Shown here: positions 62,257-64,000 of the stretch, piece after piece
Numbering within the stretch: the stretch's first letter is position 1
Layout: each line of letters starts with the position of its first letter
From: an uncultured bacterium
GTDB taxonomy: Bacteria; Fidelibacterota; Marinisomatia; Marinisomatales; UBA1611
Reading direction: 5' to 3'
Assembly: GCA_965660855.1 (NCBI GenBank)
Contig: CBFIBM010000002.1
Span: forward strand, 32,001 to 96,000
DNA length: 64,000 nt
Translations under genes and position numbers: made by a program
Notes under the pieces: model-generated
Databases searched by the model: none
Told to the model about the DNA's origin: nothing
The model's input: only the letters and a program-made list of their open reading frames with translations

Positions 62257-63153
62257 ATGATAAATCGTAGCGAATTAAAAACTGAGCAACAGAATAATAA
62301 TTCTAAAAATATTGATTCAATGTCAATATCAAATATTCTTCAAACAATAAATGGAGAGGACCATAAAATTGCTTCAATTATAGAGGAGTCAATACCGAAG
62401 ATAGAGAAAATAGTACATCACACACTTAAATCAGTAAAATCTGGTGGTCGAGTTTTCTATATTGGTGCTGGAACTAGTGGAAGGCTAGGAGTCCTAGATG
62501 CTTCTGAATTACGACCAACTTTCTCTTTAGAGAAGAATATATTTATTGCTTTAATTGCAGGTGGAGATAAAGCACTCAGAAATTCAGTCGAAGGAGCTGA
62601 GGATGATAAGCAATCAATTATTAAGGAACTAAAGTCATATAACATAACAAAAAACGATACAATTATAGGAATATCATGTAGTGGGGCAGCAGATTATGTT
62701 GTAACTGGTTTATCTTATGCGAGGAAATCAAAGGCAAAAACTGTTTATATAGTAACCAATCCCAAGCCTCTTTATATGGTAAATGTAGATATTTTATTGA
62801 CACTAGATACGGGACCTGAAATACTTGCAGGTTCTACTAGAATGAAGGCGGGCACTGCTACGAAAATGGTTTTGAATATGATTTCAACCTCTACCATGAT
62901 TAGATTAGGAAAAGTTTATGGAAATTTGATGGTAGATTTAATGGCTGTGAATAAAAAATTACTCGATAGGGGTTTACGAATAATTTCACAAGTTAGAGGA
63001 CTTAATTATGAAGAATCTGAAGTATTGTTAAAAAATGCAAATTATTCTGTAAAATGTGCAATTGTTATGAGCTTTTTAAATTGCTCTCTAAAAGAAGCTA
63101 AAAAAGAACTTGAATCCTCAAATGGTTTTTTATCTAAGGTATTAAATGGATAA
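62257..63153 (+). CDS. murQ: N-acetylmuramic acid 6-phosphate etherase
   Basis: GAGTSGRLGVLDASE, EGAED, GPEILAGSTRMKAGTA. Confidence 0.96.
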   Translation: MINRSELKTEQQNNNSKNIDSMSISNILQTINGEDHKIASIIEESIPKIEKIVHHTLKSVKSGGRVFYIGAGTSGRLGVLDASELRPTFSLEKNIFIALIAGGDKALRNSVEGAEDDKQSIIKELKSYNITKNDTIIGISCSGAADYVVTGLSYARKSKAKTVYIVTNPKPLYMVNVDILLTLDTGPEILAGSTRMKAGTATKMVLNMISTSTMIRLGKVYGNLMVDLMAVNKKLLDRGLRIISQVRGLNYEESEVLLKNANYSVKCAIVMSFLNCSLKEAKKELESSNGFLSKVLNG

Positions 63154-64000
63154 GAAAAGATTATATAACAAAATAAATAAATCAGTTTTAATAGAATCCT
63201 TAAAAAATGAAAAATTTAAAAGAATAACTGCTTCTTTTTATAAGTATATCATAATTAATGAACCTCAAAAATTCCGTGATTTTTTATACATTTCATTTCA
63301 TAAACATAAAATTTTTGGAAGAATTTACATTGCAGTCGAAGGTATAAATGCTCAGGTGAGTGTTCCTGAAAAAAAGTGGATTTTATTTTTAAATATAATA
63401 AATCAGATAAAAGAACTTAGAGATATACACATAAAAAAAGCATTACAAGAAGGAAATTCATTTTATAAACTAACAATTAAAGTTAGGGAAGAACTTGTTG
63501 CATATAACTTATTAGAAAATGAATATGATATTGATAAAGTAGGTAGACATTTAGATAGTGAGGAATACAATTCTGCGCTAGATAATCCAAATACTACGAT
63601 AGTTGATATGCGAAATTATTATGAAAGCGAAGTAGGCCAATTTAAAAATGCCATAATCCCAGATGCAGAGACCTCTAAGGAACTACTTCCTAAAGTAAAA
63701 AAACTTCTAAAAGGTAAAGAGAGGGATAAAATTTTACTTTATTGCACCGGAGGAATTAGGTGTGAAAAAGCTAGTTCATACTTAATTAAAAATGGATTTA
63801 AAGATATAAACCAATTGCAAGGTGGGATTATCCAATATGCACATGATATGAAGGAAAAAAATATAAAGTCTAAATTCATTGGGAAAAACTTTGTTTTTGA
63901 TAATCGTCTTGGCGAAAGAGTCACGGATGACGTGATATCAAAATGTCATATATGTCAAGAATCTTGTGATAATCATACAGACTGCAAAAATGATGCTTGT
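63146..64000 (+). CDS. trhO: Rhodanese-domain tRNA U34 hydroxylase TrhO/YceA (3' end outside window; absent from ORF track)
   Basis: ATG at 63146; translates to ...TASFYKY...GRIYIAVEGINAQVS...DMRNYYE...YCTGGIRCEKAS; no stop seen before the window end. Confidence 0.92.
   Translation, partial: MDKKRLYNKINKSVLIESLKNEKFKRITASFYKYIIINEPQKFRDFLYISFHKHKIFGRIYIAVEGINAQVSVPEKKWILFLNIINQIKELRDIHIKKALQEGNSFYKLTIKVREELVAYNLLENEYDIDKVGRHLDSEEYNSALDNPNTTIVDMRNYYESEVGQFKNAIIPDAETSKELLPKVKKLLKGKERDKILLYCTGGIRCEKASSYLIKNGFKDINQLQGGIIQYAHDMKEKNIKSKFIGKNFVFDNRLGERVTDDVISKCHICQESCDNHTDCKNDAC

Noticed and set aside
2041..63924. Short ORF-track entries nested in or antisense to long genes (e.g. 2041..2313, 27502..27927, 31676..31996, 54276..54533, 63739..63924)
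   Set aside because: They overlap well-supported genes or a terminator, show no motifs, and look like shadow ORFs.
1..64000. CRISPR arrays, rRNA, tRNA, IS elements, defence islands
   Set aside because: No regularly spaced repeats, transposase motifs or large non-coding tracts seen; nearly all sequence is accounted for by CDSs.

Overview
Very AT-rich, gene-dense chromosomal window with short or overlapping intergenic spaces, mostly + strand. It comes from a diderm bacterium. Gene content (YPNPFNP-type C-terminal sorting domain, BatA/vWA protein, ileS-dksA-lspA-rluD and yajC-def-fmt-rsmB-PASTA order) suggests a streamlined FCB-superphylum member such as Marinimicrobia; this is an inference. 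Contents in order: a partial GGDEF gene, TPR protein and LolB-like lipoprotein; a glycosyltransferase / two-sulfotransferase / YfhO cluster; housekeeping genes to hflX; an unannotated ~170-nt rod-shaped 6S-like RNA; a plant-DA1-like LIM-zinc-finger metallopeptidase; pyrF-pyrE; an envelope folding cluster (PPIase, DsbD, TlpA, M1 peptidase with a barrel-like tail, a large dockerin-bearing secreted protein, DegP); ileS with GVHH/DMHKS motif variants; xerC-like and pckA; a methionine/SAM-cycle operon (metH, flavin-independent-type MTHFR homolog, metK, ahcY) behind a SAM-II riboswitch with a terminator/antiterminator; a giant lipoprotein plus beta-barrel pair of unknown function; then lptG, an AGCS transporter, prmA, murQ and a partial trhO. 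No CRISPR array, tRNA, rRNA or mobile element was seen. All family assignments come from motif recognition by eye; no searches were run.
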